A DNA stretch of 64,000 nt, from positions 57,536,001-57,600,000 of the forward strand of contig OX597831.1 in the NCBI GenBank assembly GCA_951406725.2, read 5' to 3'. Numbering within the stretch: the first letter of the stretch is position 1; the number at the start of each line of letters is the position of its first letter. The notes beneath the pieces are model-generated. The model was not told the origin of the DNA. It searched no databases and saw only the letters and a program-made list of their open reading frames with translations. The stretch is from Octopus vulgaris (Eukaryota). This document shows positions 1 through 14,184 of this stretch, piece after piece. Both the position numbers and the translations under genes were made by a program.

Positions 1-745
<745 letters not shown>

Positions 746-1565
746 GCAGTAAGAGTATTTAACACTGCAAGTGAATGAATGCATGTGAAAACCTGCATGT
801 GATGAAACACAATACACACACACACACACACACACACACATGCACACAAACGTAGAGAGAAATGTATGTGTGTTAAACTAAAATCCTTTCAACACCAAAT
901 TAACTAAAACCGACTCAGTTTATCCCTTACAGTAAATAGGTCGCAGCTTTCCTGTTTGAATGTAATACAGGGCAGTTGAAGTAGCTAATTAAGTGTTGAA
1001 AAGTGTAGACATTACTAGTTCAATATGTATCGCAACCCACTGTATTGCAGTAAGAGAGAGAGAGAGAGAGAGTTGGGGGCGGGGATTATAGAGACATAAT
1101 TAAATAAGTTTTAACTGGGAATTCAAGATTTTTTTGCCTACCAGCTAATTCAACCAGCAATGTTTGAATAAAGCTAAATGAAACCTGAAATCAAAATCAA
1201 ACTTAATTTTTATAATGAATTTGATTCTACTGTTAGCATTGAATTACTAATGCTGATCGTCATATGCAGTTGGTATTCTCAAAATTACTTCAAAATAGTC
1301 CAAAAGTTAACATTAGTACATGTGTGCGTGCATGTGTGTAGATAGATAGACAGATACACACATAATCTATATTATTAATTACTGTACACATTCCATATGG
1401 CATGGGTTGGATAGTTTGACAGGTACACTTTGGTATGGTTTCTATGGCTTGATGCCCATCCTAATTTTCAGCATGTACTGGGTGCTTTTTTCCATGCCAT
1501 CAGCACTAATGAAGCCACCTTGCATCTTGCAAGAATACACATCCCCAAAACAACTATACATATAT

Positions 1566-1812
1566 AGCACGTAAAAAGCACCATCCGTCCGTGGCTGTTT
1601 GCCAGCTCCGTCTGGCACCTGTGCGGGTGGCACGTAAAAAGCACCCACTACACTCACGGAGTGGTTGGTGTTAGGAAGGGCATCCAGCCGTAGAAACATT
1701 GCCAGATCAGACTGGGCCTGAAGCAGCCTTCTGGCTTCAGAGCCCCGGATGGTGTTGAACGTCACAACCCATGCTAGCATGGAAAGCGGACGCTAAATGA
1801 TGATGATGATGT
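1566..1812 (+). mobile_element. RTE-type LINE 3' UTR/tail copy (GGTGGCACGTAAAAAGCACC repeats, (GAT)n tail)
   Basis: Same sequence as the 3' UTR attached to the RTE ORF at 11534-11980. Further copies at about 3290-3728(+), 9575-10158(+), 12486-12765(-), 16783-17232(+), 18193-18745(-), 20720-21010(+), 23622-24022(-), 24669-25082(-), 27718-27815(+), 29078-29248(-) and 48005-48370(+). Confidence 0.85.
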
Positions 1813-1862
1813 TATATATATATATGAGCGTTGTAGTTTACTTGAAGCATTGTAGTGTCATG

Positions 1863-2043
1863 AAAGGTAAAAAGAGAGAAAGCAGAAATATTCTGACAGT
1901 GAGGAAAGTTTTATAAAACCTTTATATTTCAGGCATAAAGGCCCATCTTCAGAAGTAGAACAGTCTGAGAACTGTCAAGTTACGCAGGTTTTATAAAACT
2001 TTCTGCATTGTCAGAAGTTTTCTATTTTCTCTCTTTTTACCTT
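1863..2043 (-). mobile_element. Inverted-repeat element with a minimal hammerhead-like core (probable Penelope-like pLTR fragment)
   Basis: About 58-bp inverted arms (1863-1921 / 1986-2043). The minus strand 1956-1919 reads ACUU-CUGAAGA-U-GGGC-cuuuau-GCCU-GAAA-U-AUA-AAGG. Confidence 0.55.
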
Positions 2044-2061
2044 CTTCAATATATATATATA

Positions 2062-2430
2062 CTCTTTTACTTGTTCATGCTGGAGCACCACCTTTAGTCG
2101 AGCGTATTGACCCCAGGACTTATTCTTTGTAAGCCCAGTACTTATTCTATCGGCCTCTTTTGCTGAACTGCTAAGTTACAGGGAAGTAAACACACCAGCA
2201 TCAGTTGTGAAGCAATGTTGGGGGGGCACACACAGACACACAAACACATGTATATATATATACATATATATACGACAGGCTTCTTTCAATTTCCATCTAC
2301 CAAATCCACTCACAAGGCTTTGGTCAGCCCGAGGCTATAGTAGAAGACATTTACCCAAGGTGCCACGAAGTGGGACTGAACCCAGAACCATGTGGTTAGT
2401 AAGTAACTTACCACACAGCCACTCCTGCAT
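2062..2430 (-). mobile_element. tRNA-derived SINE family A (internal TA/TG microsatellite, GTAAAAGA tail)
   Basis: Head GGAGTGGCTGTGTGGTAAG (A box) ... GGTTCAGTCCC (B-box-like). Copies at about 4991-5480(+), 13086-13485(+), 19686-20090(-), 22880-23120(-), 30392-30760(+), 32040-32410(+), 32757-33165(-), 38724-39131(+), 44370-44775(+), 46307-46703(-), 49380-49750(+), 54245-54618(+), 57625-57950(+) and 62845-63215(+). Confidence 0.9.
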
Positions 2431-2810
2431 ATATATATATATATATATATTTTAATTTAGAGATAGTAGGCCCCTACATCTCACCATATAAAAAGAATTT
2501 TTATTTTAATTTTAAATACCTACTGTTTTAATACTTGGCAACACGTGTTTTTTGAGGTACATCCTCCGGTTCCTAAACCACTCTGTGTTTTCCTGAAACC
2601 CTTCGTAACATGTAACCCCAATCATCAGGCCCTTATATCACTTTATCAACGTTCAATACAATAAACTATATTTTAATTTTTTAAAGCCCTTAAGTATGTG
2701 TAAAATAGGTATATATATATACATAGAGAGAGAGATAGATAGATATGACAACAAGTATAAGAATAGAGAAAATCACAGCTTTAATTGATGATTAGACCAT
2801 ATATTATCAA

Positions 2811-3015
2811 CGATTGTTTCTATCGTGCCAGCCTATTTAGTCACAGAAAAATGTATAAAATATCAGTCAAATTAATATATTCTGAAATATATGCTAACAC
2901 AACATTGAATTGCCTTGATAACATTGTATTACCATCTGTTTTCAGATATATTAATTTGGCTGGTATTTTCTACATTTTTCTGTATCTAAATATGTTGGCA
3001 CAACAGAAATGATTG
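2811..3015. repeat. Degenerate inverted repeat (about 75-bp arms)
   Basis: 2811-2887 is the imperfect reverse complement of 2940-3015. Confidence 0.7.
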
Positions 3016-3749
3016 ACAATAATGTATGTTGTAATCACCAATTAAAGATGTGATTTTCTCCATTCTTATTCTTGGTGTCTTAAACTCAGAATTTCTTGAA
3101 ATTCTTCTGACCAATATTTTGGATTTACTTGTCAGGCATGAAGAATTACCTTGGATGTTTATTCTACTTGCATTTATTGGTATCTAATTGTTGGATACAG
3201 CTAACCAAATTCATTTAACACTGAGTACATTATTGATATCTACCTGGATTTATTAATCACTTTTACTTATATATACATATATATATAACTCGGTGTCTGG
3301 CATCCGGCGCTATGAGTACCATACGAGTGAGATCGTTGCCAGAGCAACAAGCTGGCCTTCGTGACAATGGCACGTTAAACACACCATTCAAGAGTGATCG
3401 TTACCATGTCGCCTTACTAGCACATGTGCTGGTGGCACGTGCAACATTCAAGCGAGGTCGTCGCCAGTGCTGCTGGACTGGCTCCTGTGCAGGTGGCACA
3501 TAAAAAGCACCATTTGGGCGTGGCCGCTACCAGTACAACCAAACTGGCCCTCGTGCCGGTGGCATGTAAAAGCACCCACTGCACTCTCAGAGTGGTTGGT
3601 GTTAGGAAGGGCATCCAGCTGTAGAAACTGCCAGATCAGATTGGAGTCTGGTTCGCCAGACCTCAGTCAAATCGTCCAACCCATGCTAACATGGAAAGCG
3701 GACGTTAAATGATGATGATGATGATGATATATATATATATATATACACA

Positions 3750-4522
3750 AGCAAAATGCCCCTTGTCCAATGGACGGTGCTGAGTTTGTCAAACATTTAA
3801 ACCAAATTTTCTCAAAACAACTTGTCTGACCGTCCCATAGGCCTCCCCTTTGAGAAACATTGATTTGACCTAAATTTGAGACACCAGTAAAAGAAGAAAT
3901 AAAGATAGACTTTTTTTCTATTCCAAAGAAAAACAATTTCCCATGGCTTTATCGATCGCCTTCTCACCTGGAATCGATTTTTGTAATTTTTTTCAAGACT
4001 TATACACGCCCTGGTACTGTTTATATATCCATGTATTATAACAGTGGAGGTAACGGACCAGCCTATTAGCGTGAATTTTCTGAACTCCTTTAGATTTTCA
4101 AAATGAATTAGTTTTGGGGCTTATGCAGTTTCGCACCTCCGTATCTACATATCAAATTTGAATGCAATCGGATGGAGGGTTTTCCGAGATAAATTGAGTT
4201 TGGCACTCAACAGTAGTTGAAAAAGAAAAAGAAAGAAAAATGATTGACTGTGTATGAAATATGCATGCTTGGTGTTAAGAGAAGCAACTCCTATCAGCCC
4301 CATATAGTCAATTGTGCAACCAAACAAAAACGATTTCCCACGGCTTTATCGATTGCCTTCTCACCTGGAATTGATTTTTGTAATTTTTTCAAGACTTGAT
4401 ACACACTCTGTTACCGTCAGTATCTACACATCAAATTTGAGTACAATCGGATGGAGGGTTTCTGAGATCCTAGAAGCCACACACACACACACACACAGAC
4501 AGAACGGATTTTATATAAGAGA
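3750..4522 (-). mobile_element. Non-autonomous element with internal direct repeats, possibly Helitron/Helentron-associated
   Basis: Direct repeats at 3930-4005/4326-4400 and 4140-4190/4420-4468. The end reads (AC)n-GACAGAACGGATTTTATATAAGAGAT, similar to HINE/DINE-type ends. Confidence 0.4.
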
Positions 4523-6019
4523 TATGATGGACTCTCCCATTGAAGACGACACGTGAGTGTTCAGCTTCGCCGAACGACCTGCACAAATGATTTATTTATA
4601 GTGATCAAATGTTTGTGCCATACATTAGCTCACTCTCTTCATCAAATCGACGTTGTCTAAATAGGTGCACAGTGTACCACGCTTCAGATATTGAAGGGAT
4701 CACAGAGCAGCATGAAGATGAAGTGCTTTGCTCAAAAACAATGCACCACCTGGGCTAAGAATTGAAATCACAATCTAGTGATTGTGAGTGCAACATTCTA
4801 ACCACTAGGCCATGCACATCACCATTTGCATGTCTGTTTTCCATGTTGATGTGGGTTAGACATTAGCATCTGGAAGGGCATCCAGCTGTAAAAATCATGC
4901 CAAAACTAACCTCTCCTGTGTTAATGCCACATAAAAAGCACTAAATGGTTGGAGTTAGGAAGAGCACCGAGCTGTAAAACCCTTGCCAAAAGGCGCAGGA
5001 GTGGATGTATGGTAAGTAGCTTGCTTACGAACCACATGGTTCCGGGTTCAGTCCCACTGCATGGCACCTTGGGCAAGTGTCTTCTGCTATAGCCTCGGGC
5101 TGACCAAAGCCTTGTGAGTGGATTTGGTAGACGGAAACTGAAAGAAGCCCGTCGTATAAATGTATATATATATATATATATATGGATAATTGATATCCCA
5201 TAGTGGGTTACATTCATAACCTCTATCTTACTTTGTACTATATATATATGTATGTGTGTGTATGTGTTTGTGTGTCTGTGTTTGTCCCCGCCACCATCGC
5301 TTGACATCTGATGCTGATGTGTTTACGTCCCTCTAACTTAGCGGTTTGGCAAAAGAGACCGATAGAATAAGTATAAGGCTTACAAAGAATAAGTCCTGGG
5401 GTTGATTCACTCGACTAAAGGTGGTGCTCCAGCATGACCACAGTCAAATGACTGAAACAAGTAAAAGAGAAGTAAAAGAGTAAAACAGGCACAGTAGCCT
5501 GGGGTAGTTTTCTACCTGGCCAGTTCTTATCAATTGTTCTACCCATGCATATACGGAAGACGGACATTAAATGATGATGATGATATAAAAGATATCACTG
5601 TATTACTGCATCAACCAGACTATCAGACGGTGTTAAACCCTGCTGGTCACAATGTGCTTCCTCATATTATTTTAGCTCTCAAGTGATGCTACCTCACTGG
5701 CTAGATGGGCAGAGCCAGCGTTACCCCTGAACAAAACACCAATCTATTGTAATGTTACCCATTTATTGTTGAGTGGATTTGAGCAAATGCAAAATGAAGC
5801 ATTTTGCTCAAGAACACAATGTACTGCCAGTGTGGGGAATTGAAACTGTGATCTTACAATCATGAGTGCAACACCCTAACCACTAGGTCATGTGCCTACA
5901 CACCCACACATCTCTTGATGTTATGAAATAGTCGAGAATAAATCTAAAATTTCACCCATTATTGCATATGTAAATTAAATGCAGTGATAGCTGAAATCTT
6001 AGATTTCCTGTTTAATTTC

Positions 6020-6091
6020 CCTATATATAGATAGATATACATGCATATATATACATATATATATACATACAAACACATACACATACACATA

Positions 6092-6137
<46 letters not shown>

Positions 6138-6342
6138 CATACATATATATATATACATACACATATATATATACATACACATACATACATACACATACAT
6201 ACATATATACACATACATATATTTATACATACGCATACATACATACATATATACATACGCATACATACATACATATATATATACATACGCATACATACAT
6301 ACATATATATACATACACATACATACATATATATACATACAC

Positions 6343-6376
<34 letters not shown>

Positions 6377-6385
6377 ATACATACG

Positions 6386-6417
<32 letters not shown>

Positions 6418-6672
6418 CATACGCATACATACATACATATATATATATACATACACATATATATACATACACATATACATATATATATATATTCATATAT
6501 ATATATATATACATACATACATATATATATACATACATACATACATATATATATATATATACATACATACATATATATATATACATACATATATATATAC
6601 ATATATATATATACATATATATATACACACATACATATATATACATACATATATATACATATATATATACAC

Positions 6673-6703
<31 letters not shown>

Positions 6704-6970
6704 CACACATACATATACATACATACATATATATACACATACATATATATATACACACATACATATATATATACACACATACATATACATACATACATAC
6801 ATATACATACATATACACATACATACATACATATACATACATATACACATACATATATATATATATACACATACATATATATACACATACATACATATAT
6901 ACACATACATACATATATACACATACATACATATATACATACATACATATATACACATATAGATACATAC

Positions 6971-7027
<57 letters not shown>

Positions 7028-7135
7028 CATATATATACATCATACATACATATATATACATCATACATACATATATATATATATACATACATACATACCC
7101 ATATATACATACATTTATATATAGTGTGTGTGTGT
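6020..7135. repeat. Compound TA/CA microsatellite (about 1.1 kb)
   Basis: Directly visible; source of the long Y/I/H/T and M/Y/V/C ORFs. Confidence 0.98.
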
Positions 7136-7429
7136 AAATGTATATATTATCGTCTTCATCAAGCTTAACCATCTGCTTCAGAAATCAAGCCAAAGCAGGC
7201 AGTAGAGTTTGGTGCAGTCTTCTGACTTGCCAGCTTCTGTCAAACCTTCTAATCCATGCCAACAGAGAAACAGATGTTAAGCAAAAATGGTGATGATGAT
7301 GATATGTGAGTGTACGGTGGTGGGGATGTGATTTGCTGGTCCAGGCCAGCAATCCAGCTCATATCAACATGGAAAATAAGCATTAATTGATGACATACTA
7401 TATATATATATATATATACATACATTTCA

Positions 7430-7612
7430 AAATGTGACCTCGTGTGTACCGTTGGCGATTTTTTCCCTCTGTCTTCCCTTCTCCTATGTTTCCGACGAAG
7501 AGCTCCGCTCTAAACGTTAAACCCTCCTTCTTTCCAGAGCGTCCAATAATACTATATTTGTTCCACGTCATCGCGTTGTGTTTTTTTGTATTTTCTTGTT
7601 TGGATTAACTTT
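7430..7612 (+). mobile_element. Dispersed repeat with a degenerate hammerhead core (homologous to 55550-55726)
   Basis: GTTT-CCGACGA-A-GAGC-tcc-GCTC-TAAAC-GTT-AAAC. Flanks are shared with the 55.6 kb copy. Confidence 0.55.
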
Positions 7613-8184
7613 ATATATATATATATATACATGTATGTTTGAAAAGGTTAAATTATTTTGTTAAATAATTTTTTTTTTTAAATCAGCTGTTCACTTCAAA
7701 AACTGTATTTAATAAATCCCATAGACTTTCAAATATATATATATACATATCTAAATCTATACACACACACACACAAACATGCATGTTGTCTTGAGTTCAG
7801 ACTTACTGAGTGGCTTCTTGGTTTGATGAATTTATGGGGATTTCTGTGTCTAATGATACTTTGATATATATGTATTTATTTATTGAGAATAATTCAACTT
7901 AATATTCTTAACTTGAATATCTCATCCCTGCCTATATATATAAGCAAATGATCGTTATAAGAATCAATTCATTAAACAGAGTTCAACAAATGTCATCAAA
8001 TAAAATGAAATGAAGCAAATTTTGTTGCTAATGATGGATTATTCATTTCTTCAATTATCCCAGACAGCTGTTTCTGTCAAAAAGACCATGATATCATCAA
8101 AAAAATAATGCATATTATTATCATATGATGTCTTTTTGTACTCAACATATTAGCAGAAGTAAATTTTCATCTGGAAAAAAATTA

Positions 8185-8407
8185 TATATATATATAAATA
8201 TATATAAATATATATTTATATATATATATATATATTCTATTTCTATTTGACCGACCAGACCATCAGATGTTTTACACATCGCTGGTCACAATGCGTTCGC
8301 ATTGTTTTAGCCTTCGAATGACGCCACCCCGCTGGCTAACGAGCAGGTCATATATATATATATACACACGCACATATATATATATATAAACACATATATA
8401 TATATAA

Positions 8408-8461
<54 letters not shown>

Positions 8462-8618
8462 ATATATATATATAAACACACATATATATATAAACACACA
8501 TATATATATAAACACACATATATATATAAACACACATATATATATAAACACACATATATATATAAACATATATATATATATAAACATATATATATATATA
8601 AACATATATATATATATA

Positions 8619-8684
<66 letters not shown>

Positions 8685-8730
8685 TACATATATATACACA
8701 CATATATATATATACACACACATATATATA
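8185..8730. repeat. TA/CA microsatellite with TAAACAC units
   Basis: Directly visible. Confidence 0.95.
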
Positions 8731-9242
8731 TAATGACAGGCTTCTTTCAGTTTCCATCTATCAAACCCACTCAAAGGCATTGTTCAGCCCAAGGCTATAA
8801 AAGAAAACACTTACCCAAGGTGCCACACAGTGGGACAGAACCTGGAACCATATTTTTTTAATATGTATTCATTGTTCAAGCGAAATTTATTCAACATATG
8901 TATTTACACACACAATTTGAGTGATGTGTGTATGTATGGAGGGGTACTTATCTATTAGTTCTTATAAAAAGTATTCCAGTTGTTCAATAAACAGAACAAC
9001 AAACTCGTTAAATTTTAGTATAAGTGGCTGAGTATTCCACAAACAAATTTGTTGTTTCTTAAAAGTATTTACTTATGCAGAATCATCAAAGCACTCTTTG
9101 AATTACAGAAATGGTCCATCCAATAGATTTCCATAGGCTTTCCTTTCCTTCTACAAAGGCTTTGTTTACCTGAAGCCAAGGTTGGTGCCATGCAGCAAAC
9201 TCAATCGTAGGACCTCATGACAGTGAAGATAAATCCCAAACT

Positions 9243-9454
9243 CGGTGCTATCCAAACTGGAGCGGAACCCCAAGAAAACATTTCACTGGATCGAGGAACC
9301 CCTGTGCAATAATTTAATTGTCCTATGCACACATATCTGCACAGGAGAATTAAAAATTACTGTCGATTTTAGCATTTTTGTAACTTCTTGCGGAACCCCT
9401 GGACTGTACTGGCAGAACCCTAAGGTTCTGCGGAAACCCGGTTGAAAACCACTG
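9243..9454. mobile_element. hAT (Charlie-like) MITE
   Basis: The right end GGTTGAAAACCACTG is the reverse complement of the CAGTGGTTTTCAACC hAT-type TIR. Internal GGAACCC repeats. Confidence 0.6.
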
Positions 9455-10169
9455 CCCTAACTACTCGATTATGTTAACACCCTATACAAACATACATAGT
9501 TTCTTTCTCTCTTCTTTCTCTCTATACTGTAGGTGTGTTTATTAATACTCTTTTCTATGTTTAGAAAAGAAATTGAATTCGAAATCGAACCAAATTCGAC
9601 GACTGGCACCCATCCCAACCTCCCTTCATTGGACACTAAACTCTGCTTGTGAAGACCTGTTGGGGCAAGTTAAATCGAAATTGAACCAAATTCAATGACT
9701 GGCACCCGTGCCAGTGAAGTGTTAGCAGCTCCATCCAAGTGGGATCACTGCCAGAGCGGCTGTATGGCTTCCGTGCTGGTGGCACGTAAAAAGCACCATT
9801 TGAGTGTGATCGTTACCAACGTTGCCTAACTGGCACTTGTGCCGGTGGCACGTGAAAAACCATTCAAGCGAAGTCGTTGCCAGTGCCTCTGGACTGACTC
9901 CTGTGCAGGTGGCACGTAAAAAACACCATTTCGAGCGTGGCTGTTGCCAGTACTGCCAGACTGGCCCTCGTGCTGGTGGCACGTAAAAGCACCCACTACA
10001 CTCTCGGAGTGGTTGGCGTTAGGAAGGGCATCCAGCTATAGAAACTCTGCCTGATCAGATTGGAGCCTGGCACAGCCATCTGGTTTGCCAGTCCTCAGTC
10101 AAATTGTCCAACCCATGCTAGCATGGAAAGCAGACGTTAAATGATGATGATGATGATGTTTATACTAAC

Positions 10170-11980
10170 CATATGACTTTAGGCTCGAGGCCAGAAGGAC
10201 TCCAAAAAGCAGACCAATCCAGAAAAGAAGGATTTGGAAGCTAAAGAACCCTTCACATGGTCAGAGATTTAGGGACATCCTCATCAAGAAATTTGATGAG
10301 AGGGAGGAGGATCTACAGACGTCGGACATAAGAAGGTAGCTGGAAATTGCTACGGGACAGCTTGCTGAGTTCCACAGACCAAGTCTGTGGATGGTGCAAA
10401 GTCCCTTCCAGACCTAGAGTTACGTGTTGGTGGAATAGTGCAGTAGACAAAGGGTAGAAGTAGGTGTACACCAAGGCTCAGCCCTCAGTCCCCTTTTATT
10501 CATCATAGTCCTCCAGGCAATAACAGAGGAATTCAAAACAGGTTGCCCCTGGGAGCTCCTCTATGCTGATGACCTGGCTCTCATAGCAGAATCACTACCG
10601 GAACTAGAAAAGAAATTTCGGGTGTGGAAACAAGGGTTAGAATCAAAGGGCCTTAGAATAAATGTAGCAAAGACCAAAGTTATAGTAAGCAGAAAGGCGA
10701 ACTCAGCACACACCCCATCGGGCAGGTGGCCCTGCTCAATCTGTAGGAAAGATGTAGGTAGAAACTCCATAAGATGCACCCAGTGTAAGCTATGGACGCA
10801 TAAGAGGTGCAGCAACATCAAAGGGGAATTAACTGATAAGATAGCTTTCATGTGCGGCAGATGCACAGGGACAATAGACACCACAAATACTCAGAAAACA
10901 GATTCCATCACACTCCAGGGGGAGAAACTAGAAGTAGTTGATAATTTCCGCTACCTGGGTGACCAAGTTAGTAGTGGAGGTGGATGCTCAGAGAGTGTCA
11001 CCACTAGAATACGAATAGCTTGGGCAAAGTTTAGAAAGCTCCTACCCCTACTGGCGACAAAGAGTCTCTCACTCAGAGTGAAAGGTAGATTGTATGATGC
11101 ATGTGTGCGAACTGCCATGCTTCACGGCAGTGAAACATGGGCCGTGACTGCAGAGGACATGCGTAGACTTGAAAGAAATGAAGCTAGCATGATCCGCTGG
11201 ATGTGTAATGTCAGTGTGAATGCACAACAGAGTGTAAGCACCCTGAGAGAAATGCTAGACATAAGAAGCATCAGATGCGGTGTGCAAGAGTGACGCTTGC
11301 GATGGTATGGTCATGTACTGCGGATGGATGAGGAGAGATGTGTGAAGAAGTGCCACTCCCAAAGAGTTGAAGGAATCTGGGGGAGAGGTAGACCCAGGAA
11401 GACATGGGATGAGGTAGTCAAGCATGACCTCAGAGCGTTGGGCCTCACTGAGGCAATGGCGAAGGACCGAGATCTCTGGAGATGTGCTGTGACTGCAAAG
11501 ACCTGGGCTGCTTCCGGCACCAGTTCCGCATAGCCCCTGCCCATTCAAAGTACCTTGGATCCCGGAACATCTCGCTGTGCTTGAGGAGACCTGTTGAGTC
11601 AAGTGCATGTACATGAACATCGAAACAAATATCAATGGAAATAGTAGTTGTGATACCTGTGTCGGTGGCACATAAAAAGCACCATCCGAACGTGGCTGTT
11701 GCCAGCGCCGCCTTGACTGGCTTCTGTGCCGGTGGCACATAAAAAGCACCATCCGAACGTGGCCGATGCCAGACCCCCCCCCCACCGGCCCCTGTGCAGG
11801 TGGCACGTAAAAAGCACCCACTACACTCAAGGAGTGGTTGGCGTTAGGAAGGGCATCCAGCTGTAGAAGCACTGCCAGATCAGACTGGAGCCTGGTGCAG
11901 CCCTGGCTTCCCAGACTCCGGTCAAACCGTCCAACCCGTGCTAGCGCAGAAAACGGATGTTAAACGATGATGATGATGAT
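10170..11980 (+). mobile_element. 5'-truncated, internally deleted RTE-clade LINE (ORF2 linker + RT C-half + 3' UTR + (GAT)n tail)
   Basis: KRRIWKLK...WWNSAVD linker is joined at about 10450 to VGVHQGSALSP...ELLYADDL. It continues through CSIC..CTQCKLWTHKRC..CGRC, FRYLG, LHGSETW and LRWYGHV, with a premature TGA at 11291-11293. Confidence 0.93.
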
Positions 11981-14184
11981 ATATAACTACTACATTTAAA
12001 TGTATCAACACTCCTTACTTCTTATCTGTATTGGATCAAAGAAATACGAGTTTCAAGAATATTAAGGACAAGCAAGAACAATTCAGATCCTTTTTCTTAA
12101 GGCGATAGGTAGGTGCAGGAACTTACGGGGTATGCAGGATATAAGTGGGATAGCCGCAGTTAGGCAGGAAAAGATTACAACCTACCCACAAGCATCTTGC
12201 TACCTCTGCATTGTGGTCTTACTTGTCACTCCTCAATTGCCTCAAAGATGGCTATTTAATCCTTTAGATACGAAGCCACCCAAAACCTTCCTATTTTAAC
12301 CCTTTTGTCTTCAAACTGGTCATATCTGGCCCAAATATTCTATCTGTTTCTTTCTTTTTTTTAACTGGCCACATCCACTTTCTCACATCAACCCTCCATT
12401 GTCATTCTAAAAATAAAACAATTATATCACTGAAATCTCAAAGCTATGAGATAATTCACGATTAATTCAAAACAATGTGAATAAATCATCATCATCATCG
12501 TTTAAAGTACGCTTTCCATGCTAGCATGGGTTGGACGGTTCGACTGGGGTCTGGGAAGCCAGGAGCCTGCACCAGGCCCAGTCTGATCTGGCAGTGTTTC
12601 TACAGCTGGATGCTTTTCCTAACACCAACCACTCCATGAGTGTAGTGGGTGCTTTTTATGAGCTACCGGCACAGGAGCCAGGTGAGGCTGGCAATGGCCA
12701 CGATCAGTTGTTGCTTTTTACGTGCCACTGGCATGGAGGCCAGTCGAGGCAGCGCTGGCAATGGATTTGACAATAATCAGAATGCTAAAAGAGTTAAAGT
12801 AATCTAAATAAAAACATTTCATTTCATATCAATTTATGTTCCAAACTCCAATTTAATAATATTAATTACCAAAATTAATTAAAAGAAAAGCAGTGTATCT
12901 TAACAGGAATTCAGCAACAAAAGTATCATTCATACAAATAAATTAACAACATTTGCTGCTGGATTAGTTTCCCCAACACCCTACATGCAACAAAATTTTC
13001 CAAGGCTATTTTCTTCATTACCGTATACACACATAGTCACCATGTGTCGTAACCTCTCTGATCACTCCAGCCTAAAAGAAGTAACAGGAGTGGCTGTGTG
13101 GTAAGTAGCTTGCTTACCAACCACATGGTTCCGGGTTCAGTCCCACTGCATGGTACCTTAAGGCAAGTGTCTTCTACTATAGCCTCAAGCCGACCAAAGC
13201 CTTGTGAGTGAATTTGGTAGATGGAAACTGAAAGAAGCCCATCATATGTATGTATGTATGTATGTGTGTGTGTATGTGCGCGCGTGTGTTTGTTCCCCCA
13301 ACATCACTTGACAACCGATGCTGGTGTGTTTACGTCCCAGTAACTTAGCGATTTGGCAAAAGAGACCGATAGAATAAGTACTAGGCTTGCAAAGAATAAG
13401 TTCTGGGGTCAATTTGCTCGACTAAAGACGGTGCTCCAGCATGGCCATGGTCAAATGACTGAGACAAGTAAAAGTGTAAAAGAGTAACCCTGGTTGTATC
13501 CTTTCAGTTACCTTTAGACTCCAGATATAGCTCCCATCTTCAAACCTTTTTCTTTTTCAAGGAACCTAGTCTTCCCACCACCTATCAGAACATGTCACAG
13601 TATGTATGTCTGTGTGTCCCTTGGCAATATCTCTATCAACTGTTATTCCTACTGAATTCACTTTCAGCCTCTTTAAAGTCATAAAAACAGTTGTAGACAA
13701 CCATCCTTCCTTTACAATTTTCAATTAATTTTTCTTCTTAGTGGCCATGTGTATAGTTTCTATGGGACCAAATCTCCCAGAGATTGGCTTTTCTGTGTTA
13801 TGCAAATGTGATTATGTGGTTAAGAAGCTTGCTTTCCAACTATGTAGTAGTCTTGAGTTCAGTTCCACTGTGTGACACTTGGGCAAGTCTCATTCTACTA
13901 CAGCCCCAGGTCAACCAAAGTCTTGTGAGCAGATTTCGGTAAACAAAAACCCAATCCAGACAGCACCATCTTACTTATTGACAATTTCACCAAACATGCC
14001 ACGAAAACAAAACTACACAACACCATGTCCTCTCTCTGCCTTGTGTATGACTTTTACAACTTTTGTTGCTCTAAAATAAGAAGCTGCAAACTACCGGAAC
14101 CCATTCTTCCCCTTTATTAGTACTTTAACTTACTTCATCAAAGTTTGCCAAGTTCCTCCTTATCAGAGCATCAAATCTCTATAT

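Noticed and set aside
2510-2635. Minus-strand CUGAUGA as another hammerhead
   Set aside because: The GAAA partner is degenerate and stem I cannot be formed convincingly.
4991-5070. tRNA-like heads (A/B boxes) of SINE families A and B
   Set aside because: Part of multicopy SINEs; no complete cloverleaf recognised, so not called as tRNA genes.
5959-7172. Long ORFs of up to 383 aa (also at 1-752, 8272-8780, 49920-50659, 53051-56579 and 58968-60917)
   Set aside because: Translations of TA/CA/TG microsatellites, which lack stop codons by composition; not genes.
9722-10140. Regularly spaced GGTGGCACGTAAAAAGCACC units resembling a CRISPR array
   Set aside because: The spacers are homologous to each other, the block is the 3' UTR of an RTE LINE, the context is eukaryotic and there are no cas genes.
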